DNA of 32,000 nt from Ferroglobus placidus DSM 10642 (GCF_000025505.1 NC_013849.1:2164267-2196266); one strand, 5' to 3'. Positions 7,748 through 16,327 are shown, counted from the first letter of the stretch. Numbers and translations are program-made. The notes: a model not told the origin generated them from the letters alone.

Positions 7748-9310
7748 TTACACCTCCAATCTATATCCCAAAGCCTCAAAAACCCCTCTGATTTTAGCTT
7801 TTAGCTCTTCTTCCTCTTTCAGCAATTTCGAAAGTTCTTCGCTGTAAGATCTCATTTTTTCCTCGAATGTTTGTTCATCATCCAAATCAAGCTTAACTCC
7901 GACGTATCTTCCCGGTGTCAAAACGTAGTTGTTTCTCGCAATTTCTTCTATTGTCGCAACCTTAGCAAATCCAACCTCATCGATTTCCTCAAATCTGCCC
8001 TCCTCGAAAAGCCTGAACTTCTCCACGATCTTGCCTATGTGCTCATCTTTCATCACATTCTGCCTTCTCGAAATTGGCTCGTAGAGATCTTTAGCATTTA
8101 CGAAAAGCACCTTTCCCTTCATGTGCTCTGGCTTTTCCTTCCTGACAAACCAAAGAGAAACTGGCAATGATACGTTGTAGAAGAGCTTTGGTGGGCAAGC
8201 AACAATTCCGTAAACAAGGTCAGCCTTGACTATCGCCTTTCTTATCTCTCTCTACACCGCCAGCGGACAACGCACCGTTTGCCATAACGAAGCCAGCCTT
8301 TCCATTAGGTGCTAAATGATAGACAAAATGAAGTATCCACATATAGTTTGCGTTGCTGTTTGGGGGAACTGGTACTCTGACTCCATTTATTCTCAATCTC
8401 GGATCGTCAGGCTTAATTCTTTCAGCACCCCACTCGCTGTCGTTAAAAGGTGGATTAGAAGTAACATAATCGAACCTCATGTCGTAAAACTTGTCATCAT
8501 GATAGGAATCGCCAACTCTTATGTCTCCTTCAACTCCCCTGATAACTAAGTTCATCTTCGTAAGTTTCCAAGCCATAGGATCGGAATCCTGCCCGTATAT
8601 CTGCAACTCGAACCTATCTATTCCCTCTCTTTCGAGTTTCTCTATCGCTGAAACAAAGAAACCTCCGCTTCCACATGCAGGATCGAACATTCTTCCTCCT
8701 TTAATGTCCAAGACCTCGACTATAAGCTTAGTTAATGATCTTGGTGTGTAAAACTTGCCTCCCCTCTTCCCCTCAACTTCCGTAAACTTCCCCAAGAAAT
8801 ACTCGTAAATTCTGCCGAAAATGTCCCTCGCTTTATGATCGTATCCGAAATCAATCTTCGAAAAGAGGTTTATCAGATAGGCTAAATCGTAGTGGTCGAG
8901 GTTCGAGCTTAGGTAAACCTTTGGAATTACATCTTGTAGCTGTTTCGGATATTTCTTTTCCAGAATTTCTATGGCTCTCTCTATGATTTCTGCTATATTT
9001 GGCTGATTTGCATTTTTGGACAGATAGCTCCATCTTGCCTTTTCCGGAATGTAGAGAACGCCAGCCTCGAGGTAATAGTCCTCGTCCTCCAAAGCAAGCT
9101 CTCTTAACTCTGCACTCGTTTCTTCTTTCATCGAAAGCGTAGGAAAGATAACGCAAAAAGATTAGTCAGAGAACTATGTATTTGTATTGATGTACCTTCT
9201 ACCTTCCTCCTCAACTTATCTGCCGCCTTCCAAAGTTGATTTTCGAAATCGGGTGTTAATTCATGAATCTGAGAATTACCAATATCTACGAAATCGCTGA
9301 GCTTTGCCAT
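7748..9310 (-). pseudogene. hsdM: Type I restriction-modification methylase subunit HsdM, inactivated (three frameshifts and one in-frame TGA)
   Basis: HsdM-colinear peptide pieces lie in different frames. Piece 1 is MAKLSDF..NQLWKAADKLRRKVEG, starting at ATG 9310 behind GGAGGTG. Piece 2 is HQYKYIVL*LIFLRYLSYAFDERRNE, with TGA at 9166-9168 where VLGLIFL is expected. Piece 3 is the 8220-9131 ORF with GKFYTP, DPACGSGGF and NPPFN. Piece 4 is KAIVKADLVYGIVACPPKLFYNVSLPVSLWFV..., continuing into the 7748-8167 ORF. No hsdS or hsdR is adjacent. Confidence 0.85.
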
Positions 9311-9407
9311 CCATCTACACCTCCAAGCAATGTTACTAAAATGCGCGGAATTTTTAGTTTGGGAATAAGGGAAAAAGTTTTGCAAGCAACGTTTTTATAA
9401 AGTTCGT

Positions 9408-10178
9408 TTACTGCTCTTTCTTACCTCTCTTCGTCTCAGCGAAGTATTCGAGGATTTCTATCGGAATTGGAAAGACTATTGTTGTGTTTTGAGCGTTGGA
9501 GATTTCGTTCATCGTCTGGAGAATTCTCAGCATCATAGCCCCTCTGCTTTCCGAAAGTATTTCTGCCGCTTCTTTCAACTTCAAAGCAGCTTGATACTCT
9601 CCGTCCGCCCTTATAATCTTCGCCCTCCTCTCTCTTTCAGCTTCAGCCTGCATAGCCATAGCCCTCTGCATTTCCTTCGGCAGCTCGACATCCTTTATTT
9701 CAACAGCCGAAACTTTTATTCCCCACTGATCCGTGGCTTCGTCTATTATCTGCTGAAGCTTTAAATTCAGCTTTTCTCTTTCCGAAAGCAGTTCGTCAAG
9801 TTCCGCCTGACCAATAACGCTTCTCAGGGTGGTCTGGGCAATTTGGGCTGTTGCGAACTTGTAATCGTAAACTTCCGTTATCGCTTTCTCCGGATCGACA
9901 ACTCGATAGTAAACAACCGCGTTAACCCTAACAGTGACGTTATCTCTTGTAACGACTTCTTGCGGAGGTACGTCGTAAGTTACCGTTCTAAGGTCGACAA
10001 CCTGCATGCTTTCGAGAATCGGGATGACGTAAAATATTCCAGGTCCTCTCGCACCGACGAGCCTTCCGAGTCTGAAAATTACACCTCTCTCGTACTCCTT
10101 AACGATTCTGATTCCCGAAAGGAGGAACAGAATTATGACTATCGCCAGTCCCAACAGTATCGTGTCGCTTAAAGCCAT
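9408..10178 (-). CDS. SPFH/band-7 (stomatin/prohibitin-like) membrane protein
   Basis: An N-terminal TM helix is followed by [30 protein letters not shown]....PPQEV.T.DNV.V.V.AVVYYRV.DP, and a coiled-coil [18 protein letters not shown] at 10178 is preferred over the TTG at 10202 used by the ORF track. Confidence 0.85.
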   Translation of the reverse strand: MALSDTILLGLAIVIILFLLSGIRIVKEYERGVIFRLGRLVGARGPGIFYVIPILESMQVVDLRTVTYDVPPQEVVTRDNVTVRVNAVVYYRVVDPEKAITEVYDYKFATAQIAQTTLRSVIGQAELDELLSEREKLNLKLQQIIDEATDQWGIKVSAVEIKDVELPKEMQRAMAMQAEAERERRAKIIRADGEYQAALKLKEAAEILSESRGAMMLRILQTMNEISNAQNTTIVFPIPIEILEYFAETKRGKKEQ

Positions 10179-10250
10179 AAAATAGAAATTTAACTTAAAC
10201 AAATAAGTTTTTCGATGGATTTATATGTAGCAGTTTTTAAAATCGCGTAG

Positions 10251-11171
10251 GTGATAAAGGAGCAGTTTAGAGAGATAAATAGGAAGTTCGTGGAGAAATA
10301 CGAAAAAATAGACGATTCGAAAGAGTTCTACGAGTTCATGGCTAAGCCAATAAGACAGAGCTTCAGAGTTAACACGCTTAAAATAGATGTTAAAAGCGTT
10401 GTGGAAAGATTATCGGAAGAGTTCGAACTCGAAAGAGTCCCTTGGTGTAAAGAGGGGTTTTTCGTTTACGGAGAGGGAATAACCAAAACTCCTGAATTCG
10501 CTCTCGGCTTGATATTCATGCAGGAAGCTTCCTCGATGATACCGCCGGTTGTTATGGATTTGAAGGAGAACCTCTTCGTTCTCGACATGGCAGCCGCTCC
10601 TGGAGCGAAAACGACGCAGATTTCGCAATACATGAACAACACCGGCTGCGTTATTGCCAATGATGTGAAGTACTCGAGGTTGAACATTCTCATTTCTAAC
10701 GTTCAGAAGTACGGATGCATAAACGTTGTTGTGACGGAAAAGGACGGAAGATACTTTGGAAGGTTCAGAGACACCTTCGATAGAGTTTTACTTGATGCTC
10801 CCTGCAGCAACGTGGGGATGATAAGGAAGAACTACAAATATTTAAAGCTCTGGAGGCAGATGGAAGTGGAAGCTTTGTCGAGGCTGCAAAAAAGTCTGAT
10901 TTTGGCAGCTTACAAAGCTTTGAAGCCGAAAGGTGTTCTTGTTTACTCCACTTGCACTCTCGATCCCGAAGAAAATGAAGAAGTAATCGACTACCTTCTC
11001 TACAATACCGACGCGAAGCTCGAAAAAATAAAGCTTCCAGTAAAGTCTACAGAGCCGATATTGGAGTTCAACGGGAAAAGGTACAGCGAAGAAGTCAAAA
11101 AGTGCCTGAGAATTCATCCTCAAGATAACGACACCGAAGGCTTCTTCGTCGCCAAGGTGGTGAAACCGTGA
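10251..11171 (+). CDS. NOL1/NOP2/Sun-family RNA cytosine-C5 methyltransferase (Trm4/RsmF-like catalytic core)
   Basis: SAM motif VLDMAAAPGAKTTQ, motif IV DRVLLDAPCSNVG and motif VI LVYSTCTL, which carry the two catalytic Cys, then NEEV. GTG start. Confidence 0.85.
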   Translation: MIKEQFREINRKFVEKYEKIDDSKEFYEFMAKPIRQSFRVNTLKIDVKSVVERLSEEFELERVPWCKEGFFVYGEGITKTPEFALGLIFMQEASSMIPPVVMDLKENLFVLDMAAAPGAKTTQISQYMNNTGCVIANDVKYSRLNILISNVQKYGCINVVVTEKDGRYFGRFRDTFDRVLLDAPCSNVGMIRKNYKYLKLWRQMEVEALSRLQKSLILAAYKALKPKGVLVYSTCTLDPEENEEVIDYLLYNTDAKLEKIKLPVKSTEPILEFNGKRYSEEVKKCLRIHPQDNDTEGFFVAKVVKP

Positions 11172-11566
11172 ACTATTTGGAAATTTTAAGGGAACTTTAC
11201 GGAGTCGAGAAGGTGAATTTCGAGCTGAAAAAGATGGGAAAGGACAGGCTCTACGCTTTTCTGAAGTGCGACAAGAAGGACGAGCTCGGGATAAAAGAGT
11301 ACCACCAAGGAGTCTACTTCGGCAAGCTCGAAAAAGATGGGATAAGGTTGAGCATAGAGGGTTGCTATTTGCTTCGAGACGAGATTAAGAAAAACCTCAT
11401 AGAAGTTTCCTACGAAGATGCGATTAAGTGGTTGAAAGGAGAAGATTTGGATATTCCTTACAAAGGATACGTCGTGCTGAAGTGGAGAAACTACTTTTTG
11501 GGTTGCGGAAAGGGGGATGGAAAGAAAATAAGGAACTACGTCCCTAAGGAGAGGAGAATAATCTAA
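11168..11566 (+). CDS. Stand-alone PUA-like RNA-binding domain of the RsmF/YebU C-terminal type
   Basis: 132 aa ending GYVVLKWRNYFLGCGKGDGKKIRNYVPKERRI, which matches the G.v.l...g..lG.GK..g..lkN.yPk..R tail of the RsmF C-terminal PUA-like domain. It overlaps the methyltransferase gene by 4 nt (GTGA). Confidence 0.55.
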   Translation: MNYLEILRELYGVEKVNFELKKMGKDRLYAFLKCDKKDELGIKEYHQGVYFGKLEKDGIRLSIEGCYLLRDEIKKNLIEVSYEDAIKWLKGEDLDIPYKGYVVLKWRNYFLGCGKGDGKKIRNYVPKERRII

Positions 11567-11602
11567 CAAAACATTATTAAATTCCAAAATCAACGCTTAA
11601 AA

Positions 11603-12115
11603 ATGGATCCGAGAGCGTTTTATAAAATAAGTTACGGACTTTACGTCGTTTCCTCCTCCTACAATGGTAGACTGAGCGGGCAAATTGCCAATACAGTTTT
11701 TCAGGTCTCCTCAGAGCCTCCGATGATTGCAGCTTGTTTGAACAAGAAAAACTTCACCCACGAAATAGTGAAGTCGAGTAAGGTTTTCGCTGTTAGCGTT
11801 TTGGAAGCTGAAACGCCACTGACGTTCATAGGAAGGTTTGGGTTCAGAAGTAGCAGGGACTTCGACAAGTTTGAAGGAGTGGATTACGAAATAGGAGTAA
11901 CTGGCGCTCCAGTCGTAATTCAGCATGCAACAGCAATTTTCGAGGCAAAGGTCGTTAAGGAGTGCGACGTTGGAACTCACACCTTGTTTATCGGTGAAGT
12001 CGTGAGGGCTGAGCTGAGAAGAGATGCCGAAGTTTTGACTTACGCCGACTACCATCGGATTAAGAAAGGAAAAACTCCGAAAACTGCTACCGTTTACTTC
12101 GATAAGCAAAGTTAG
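11603..12115 (+). CDS. Flavin reductase-like (FMN-binding split-barrel) protein
   Basis: 170 aa. YGLYVVSS.....SGQIANTV.QVSSEPP.IA.CLNK.N.THE.....K.FAVSVL and H.LFIGEVV are typical of the flavin reductase/DIM6-NTAB family. Confidence 0.8.
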   Translation: MDPRAFYKISYGLYVVSSSYNGRLSGQIANTVFQVSSEPPMIAACLNKKNFTHEIVKSSKVFAVSVLEAETPLTFIGRFGFRSSRDFDKFEGVDYEIGVTGAPVVIQHATAIFEAKVVKECDVGTHTLFIGEVVRAELRRDAEVLTYADYHRIKKGKTPKTATVYFDKQS

Positions 12116-12123
12116 TTGCTAAA

Positions 12124-12153
12124 TTGCAAAAAATGCAACATTGATGCTTTTTT
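12124..12153 (+). terminator. Possible terminator: short dyad followed by a T7 run after the flavin reductase gene
   Basis: The dyad TTGCA-AAAAA-TGCAA sits at 12124-12138. It is followed by GCTTTTTTT, with the T run ending at 12153, starting about 10 nt after the TAG stop. Oligo-T tracts are the usual archaeal termination signal. Confidence 0.3.
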
Positions 12154-12154
12154 T

Positions 12155-12764
12155 ATCACTCACTTTTTGGGCTTTCGAACAATTTTAAATTTTGGAGATA
12201 ATAATAAAAAATTAAAATTTAAACTTTTTAAATTATATCTTCTAACTCTTATGTTTTCCATTTTTAAATCTTTTATAAAAATTAAAATGACAAAAATTGA
12301 ATTGATAATTTAAATTAATTAAATATTAATGAGCTATGTAATCTGTAGCCTTATCACAAAATTTTTAGAATACAACATTTTTAGGTTTACCTAAAAATGT
12401 TGAATGTGGCGACTCGCTTGTTCCAAAAATTATGTGAATTTAGGCTGCGTCGCGAATTTACCCCCCCTTAACTGCATGAAGTGTGCAAATTTGTGAAACA
12501 ACGCTATTTAACGGTGTTAAATATTACAATAATTTTGGAATAAAGATTATTTAGCCTCAGCAATATATATTTGCTTCAAAATTAACTGCTCAAGAAATTA
12601 TTGATTTGTGAGTAGATATTTGAATATACAAAATTAAAAACTAAAATTAATTAAAATAAATTTTGAAAATTAATATATTACATTAAATAAATAATTTTAA
12701 TTAAATTACTTAGATACAACAGAACAAATGTAAATTAACCTCCAAGTTTCAAAAAGTGAGTGAT
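12155..12764. repeat. 610-bp extremely AT-rich non-coding element bounded by a perfect 15-bp inverted repeat
   Basis: ATCACTCACTTTTTG at 12155-12169 is the exact reverse complement of CAAAAAGTGAGTGAT at 12750-12764. The interior has no credible ORF. One example line, 12661-12720, has 6 G/C in 60 nt. See findings. Confidence 0.6.
12373..12402. repeat. 30-bp near-perfect palindrome
   Basis: CAACATTTTTAGGT-TT-ACCTAAAAATGTTG has 14-bp arms and a 2-nt centre. It lies inside the AT-rich gap. Confidence 0.7.
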
Positions 12765-12826
12765 GAAGAAGAGAGAAGATTTTGGGGAAAACGTATAAGA
12801 GTGAGTAAAGCAGATGTTCGGATGTT

Positions 12827-13945
12827 ATGAAAATTTCGAAAAGCGCGTATCGGAAGAGAGTTGAAAAAGTCCAAGAGCTTATGGAAAAGGAAGGGATAGA
12901 CGCTTTCCTCGTGCTTTCCCTCGAAAATTACAGGTATTTCACTGGAGATGTGAGAAAGCAACCGAGGATGGTAATTCCGTCTAACGACGAGCCTTTTTTA
13001 ATAGTTTTCGACACCGAAAAAGAGGAAGCTGAGAAAAAGACCGGTCTCGAGGCAAAAACCTATAGATCCCTCCCGGATATGATGAAGCACATCGTAGCAT
13101 TCACAAACTCCCTTGGGGACAACCCGAAGATAGCTGTTGAGATGGAGTTTTCAACGCCAGCTTTTCTCCTTGAGAGGTTCAGAAAAATGAATCCTCACGT
13201 GGAAGTTGTAGATGCGAAGCAGATAGTTGCTCCGCTGAGAAAATACAAAGACGAGTACGAGTTAGAACTCATGAAAAAAGCTGGAAAACTTGCGGATGTG
13301 GCAATGGAAAAAGTCTTGGACGTTTTGAAGCCGGGAGTTGCAGAGAGAGAAGTTGCCAACGAAGTGGAGTACTACATCAGAAAGAAGGGAGCTGAAAGGC
13401 TCGCTTTTCCTATGTTCGTTAATTCCGGAGAAAGGAGTCTCTGGCTTCACGGTTTAGCTACAGACAGAAAAATTGAGGAGGGAGATGTGGTTTTAATAGA
13501 TGTAGGTCCGGTTTACGAGGGATACTGCGCTGACATAGCGAGAACTTTCGTTGTAGGTAAAGCTACCGAAGAGCAAAAAAGAGCTCATTCAGCTTACGTG
13601 GAATTACAGGAGAGAGTCGTGGAAATTATCGAAAAAGAAAAGAACGAAATATCGATTCTTGAGATAGAGAGAAGAAACGAGGAGTTCATGAAAAGCAAGG
13701 GCTTTGGAAACTTTTACGTAAAAGGATTTCTCCACGGGATCGGACTGAATTTCGAAGAGACTCCGTTTCCAACGATATTTCCCGAAGATTTGAGGGAGGT
13801 TGTCGAGGAAAGAATGACTTTGTCAGTTGGACATTCTGTTCTCTCAATCAAAGGCGTTGGGGGATTTAGAGTTGAGGATACCATTTACGTTGGAGAAAAA
13901 ATCGAGTTCCTTACGACTTTCACCAGAGAACTTCTGGAGGTGTGA
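12827..13945 (+). CDS. M24-family Xaa-Pro aminopeptidase/dipeptidase
   Basis: 372 aa. A creatinase-like N-domain is followed by a pita-bread domain carrying the metal-ligand context: VVLIDVGPVYEGYCADIARTF, HGIGLNFEE, GFRVEDTI. Confidence 0.85.
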   Translation: MKISKSAYRKRVEKVQELMEKEGIDAFLVLSLENYRYFTGDVRKQPRMVIPSNDEPFLIVFDTEKEEAEKKTGLEAKTYRSLPDMMKHIVAFTNSLGDNPKIAVEMEFSTPAFLLERFRKMNPHVEVVDAKQIVAPLRKYKDEYELELMKKAGKLADVAMEKVLDVLKPGVAEREVANEVEYYIRKKGAERLAFPMFVNSGERSLWLHGLATDRKIEEGDVVLIDVGPVYEGYCADIARTFVVGKATEEQKRAHSAYVELQERVVEIIEKEKNEISILEIERRNEEFMKSKGFGNFYVKGFLHGIGLNFEETPFPTIFPEDLREVVEERMTLSVGHSVLSIKGVGGFRVEDTIYVGEKIEFLTTFTRELLEV

Positions 13946-13948
13946 TTT

Positions 13949-14359
13949 ATGGCTGAAGCTAAAGGAGAAATTGTCGTTTCCGCAGACGTTGAGAGAGTTA
14001 GGAAAGTCCTTTTAGACATGAAAACGGTTGGTAGTTGCTTTAAGTTCGTTAAGAATGCTTCTGAAAAAGGAGAAAAGTGGTTTGTCAGAGCTCCTATGTC
14101 GATGATAACGCAAACAAAGGAGTTAGAAGTGAAAGTTATCAGAGAAGAGCCAGTTGAATGGGAAGCAAAGGGAAAACATCTGTTATGGAAGGGAAGATTT
14201 GAGGTAGAAGAGGCAAACGGGGGAACGAGGATAAAGGTTACGCTCTCCGTTGAGGGGCTGGGAAGCATGGCAGCGATAATTAATCCGATGGCAAGCGTCC
14301 AGATAGAGGGGCAATTAAGGTACTTCCTAAACGAGTTGAAGAAGAAAATTGAGGGTTAG
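13949..14359 (+). CDS. SRPBCC-fold (CoxG/polyketide-cyclase-like) protein
   Basis: 136 aa. The pattern of alternating beta segments and a long C-terminal helix, plus V.A....V...L.D......C, resembles CoxG-like SRPBCC proteins. This is a weak call made by eye. Confidence 0.55.
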   Translation: MAEAKGEIVVSADVERVRKVLLDMKTVGSCFKFVKNASEKGEKWFVRAPMSMITQTKELEVKVIREEPVEWEAKGKHLLWKGRFEVEEANGGTRIKVTLSVEGLGSMAAIINPMASVQIEGQLRYFLNELKKKIEG

Positions 14360-15393
14360 CGTTTCGCTATAAGCTCTTTCACCGCCGTACAACCTCCGCA
14401 GGTGAAGCATCCCGCTTCGGCTTTATTGATTTTGACATGCTTAACGTAACTTTCAACGAGCTCGTAAATCTTTACCACTTCATCTAAATTGACTGGCTGT
14501 TCGTTAGAATAAGGCGGAGGTCTGTAAGGAGCTAGGAAAGGAGTAATTCCTATTTCAACCATCCTTTCAACGTTTTCAGCAGTTACGAATTTATCCTCTC
14601 CGAAACCAAGCACAATCCAGCTGTTAACCTTCCATTTCCCGAAAATATCCACGGCGTTCTCCCAAGCTTTGAAGTACTCTTCAAGCTTCGGCTTTCCTGG
14701 AACAACATTGCTTCTAATTTTTTCGTCCAGAACTTCAGCGTGAATACCTATCGTGTCTGCCCCACTTTCGTAAAGCATTTCAAGAAAATCTCTATCGACG
14801 ACGTCGACCTGAACGTGAATTGGTATGTCCACTTTTTCCTTTACAGCCTTAACAACTTCAGAGATTTTTACAGCCCCTTTGTCTTTCCCCGGCATAATTC
14901 CGGAAGTTATTGTGAGGTGTCTGCTGTTATCCTCTTCGTAAGCCATTTTCGCAGCCTCGGCTATCATTTCTGGAGTTTTTTCCACGATCGAGTTTTCCAG
15001 CCCAATCTCTATAGAGCAGAATTTGCATCTCTTCTTTTTCCACAGAACGCATCTTCTCGACACAGCAGTTACGAGAGCGTTAATTCCGTCGAGAGCAACT
15101 ATTTTCCCGGCTTCAACGCCAAAACTCGTCGGCTTCGAATAATACTCAGCCTTAGGTAGCTTAACCTCGCCAACGACTTCGTCGTTCTTGAAAAGGTAAT
15201 ATTTCTCGTCGATTTTCTCAATTCTGTAAGGGGAGTTTTCAACGAACTTTTGCTTGTTCGGAGCAGAAACCACGCTACCTTCTACCTCAAACCCAACTCC
15301 TCCAGTTGGACCTCCTCCACTCTTTCTGTAGCTTCTAACGTTTCCTCTAACTCCTTTCACTATTATTTCGAGTTTCGTTCTCCAGTCAAGCAT
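14356..15393 (-). CDS. Radical SAM-like enzyme with a non-canonical CX7CX2C cluster motif, unknown subfamily
   Basis: 345 aa. The only N-proximal Cys triad is C-VLWKKKR-C-KF-C. It is followed by TIM-barrel-like segments (HLTITSG, IHVQVD, ADTIGIH, SWIVLGFGE). There is a roughly 110-aa N-terminal extension (SGGGPTGG) and a C-terminal CFTCGGC. Its start overlaps the upstream gene by 8 nt. Confidence 0.7.
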   Translation of the reverse strand: MLDWRTKLEIIVKGVRGNVRSYRKSGGGPTGGVGFEVEGSVVSAPNKQKFVENSPYRIEKIDEKYYLFKNDEVVGEVKLPKAEYYSKPTSFGVEAGKIVALDGINALVTAVSRRCVLWKKKRCKFCSIEIGLENSIVEKTPEMIAEAAKMAYEEDNSRHLTITSGIMPGKDKGAVKISEVVKAVKEKVDIPIHVQVDVVDRDFLEMLYESGADTIGIHAEVLDEKIRSNVVPGKPKLEEYFKAWENAVDIFGKWKVNSWIVLGFGEDKFVTAENVERMVEIGITPFLAPYRPPPYSNEQPVNLDEVVKIYELVESYVKHVKINKAEAGCFTCGGCTAVKELIAKR

Positions 15394-16327
15394 AAACCCT
15401 CACAGCCTCATCCGGAGAGTCGCTGTAAGCCACAGCTGCCAGAGCACCTATTACACCTCTCCTCCCGGTAATTTCTATCAACTCAACCCCGTTTCTCTCC
15501 GCAACATTTTCAGCCTCCTCGATTTCCACCATCTCCCTCTTTACCTTCTCCCCGAATTTTAACAGCTCTTCGTCGATCAAAATTTTTTTGTAAACCGCCA
15601 TAGCCGTTTCGTCGCTGAAAGTGCTCTTTCTAAGCTCTTTTTCAAACGCTTTCACGAGCTTTTCCGAATCTTGCGTTGCGAAAGTTACTGAAATGGATAC
15701 GCAGTTCGTAGTTTTGTATGGATTTTTCGTGTACAGCTGAGTGATCGTGTGAAGGAGGTAGTATCCAAGTCCTTCTTTTTCAAGTTTGTAGGCGATTTCG
15801 TTAACGAGTGCCCAAGTTGCCCCTCCTTCCTTGCTGTCCGTATCATCGACGCCTATCACAACCTTCTCCATTGCCGGAAGAACGAGTTTAGCCTTTCCAA
15901 GTTTCTCTCCTCCTCCCTCTTCGAGAATTTCAATTCCCAACACGTTTTCAGCCATGCCCCTGCAAACTGTCGCAGCTATGCCTCCTCCGGCAAGACCGGC
16001 GTAAGTTACCTCGACTTTATCACCAACAACTTCGACTTTTTCAACACCAGCTCCGGCAATCCCCGGCACGAGCCTCAAAGTCGTTTCTCCCTTTTTCAAA
16101 ACGAAAATGTTCCTCGCTCCTTCTCTCCTCGCTTTTAGAACGAGGTTGCTCACTCTCGGGTAGTGGTAAATCTCCCAAGCAGCTCCGCCTATGCATTTTC
16201 CTCTCGCATGAAACTCGTGGAGCTCAACGTGAAAGCCGTCGTGCATGGCGATAATTCTCTCGTAAGGAGAAATCCACTCAACACCACCATATTTTTTTAA
16301 TACCTCCTCTCTACTCATCAAAACCAT
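15386..16327 (-). CDS. Two-domain protein: unknown Gly-rich N-domain plus a TiaS TCKD-like (Thr18-Cyt34 kinase domain) C-domain
   Basis: The C-terminal half, VIGVDDTDSKEGGATWALV...LYTKNPYKTTNCVSISV, is colinear with the TiaS N-terminus (GIDDTDS..GMCTTY...PYKTRGNGAVS, from memory). No OB-fold or Zn-ribbon part of TiaS is present. The N-terminal roughly 150 aa (HARGKCIGGAAWEIYHYPR, GIAGAG, AGLAGGGIAA) are unassigned. Confidence 0.6.
   Translation of the reverse strand: MVLMSREEVLKKYGGVEWISPYERIIAMHDGFHVELHEFHARGKCIGGAAWEIYHYPRVSNLVLKARREGARNIFVLKKGETTLRLVPGIAGAGVEKVEVVGDKVEVTYAGLAGGGIAATVCRGMAENVLGIEILEEGGGEKLGKAKLVLPAMEKVVIGVDDTDSKEGGATWALVNEIAYKLEKEGLGYYLLHTITQLYTKNPYKTTNCVSISVTFATQDSEKLVKAFEKELRKSTFSDETAMAVYKKILIDEELLKFGEKVKREMVEIEEAENVAERNGVELIEITGRRGVIGALAAVAYSDSPDEAVRVYA

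Noticed and set aside
12116-12313. 65-aa ORF (MLNCKKCNIDAFF...) in the AT-rich gap
   Set aside because: It has a TTG start and a K, F, L, I and N-rich composition dictated by AT-rich DNA. It has no ribosome-binding site and overlaps the putative terminator and the left inverted repeat.
12420-12440. TTCCAAAAATTATGTGAA considered as a canonical ORB/mini-ORB origin box
   Set aside because: It does not form the TTCCA-N-TGGAA dyad, and the nearby homopolymer is C7 in the wrong orientation for the ORB G-string. The origin hypothesis is therefore kept only as a candidate based on overall architecture.
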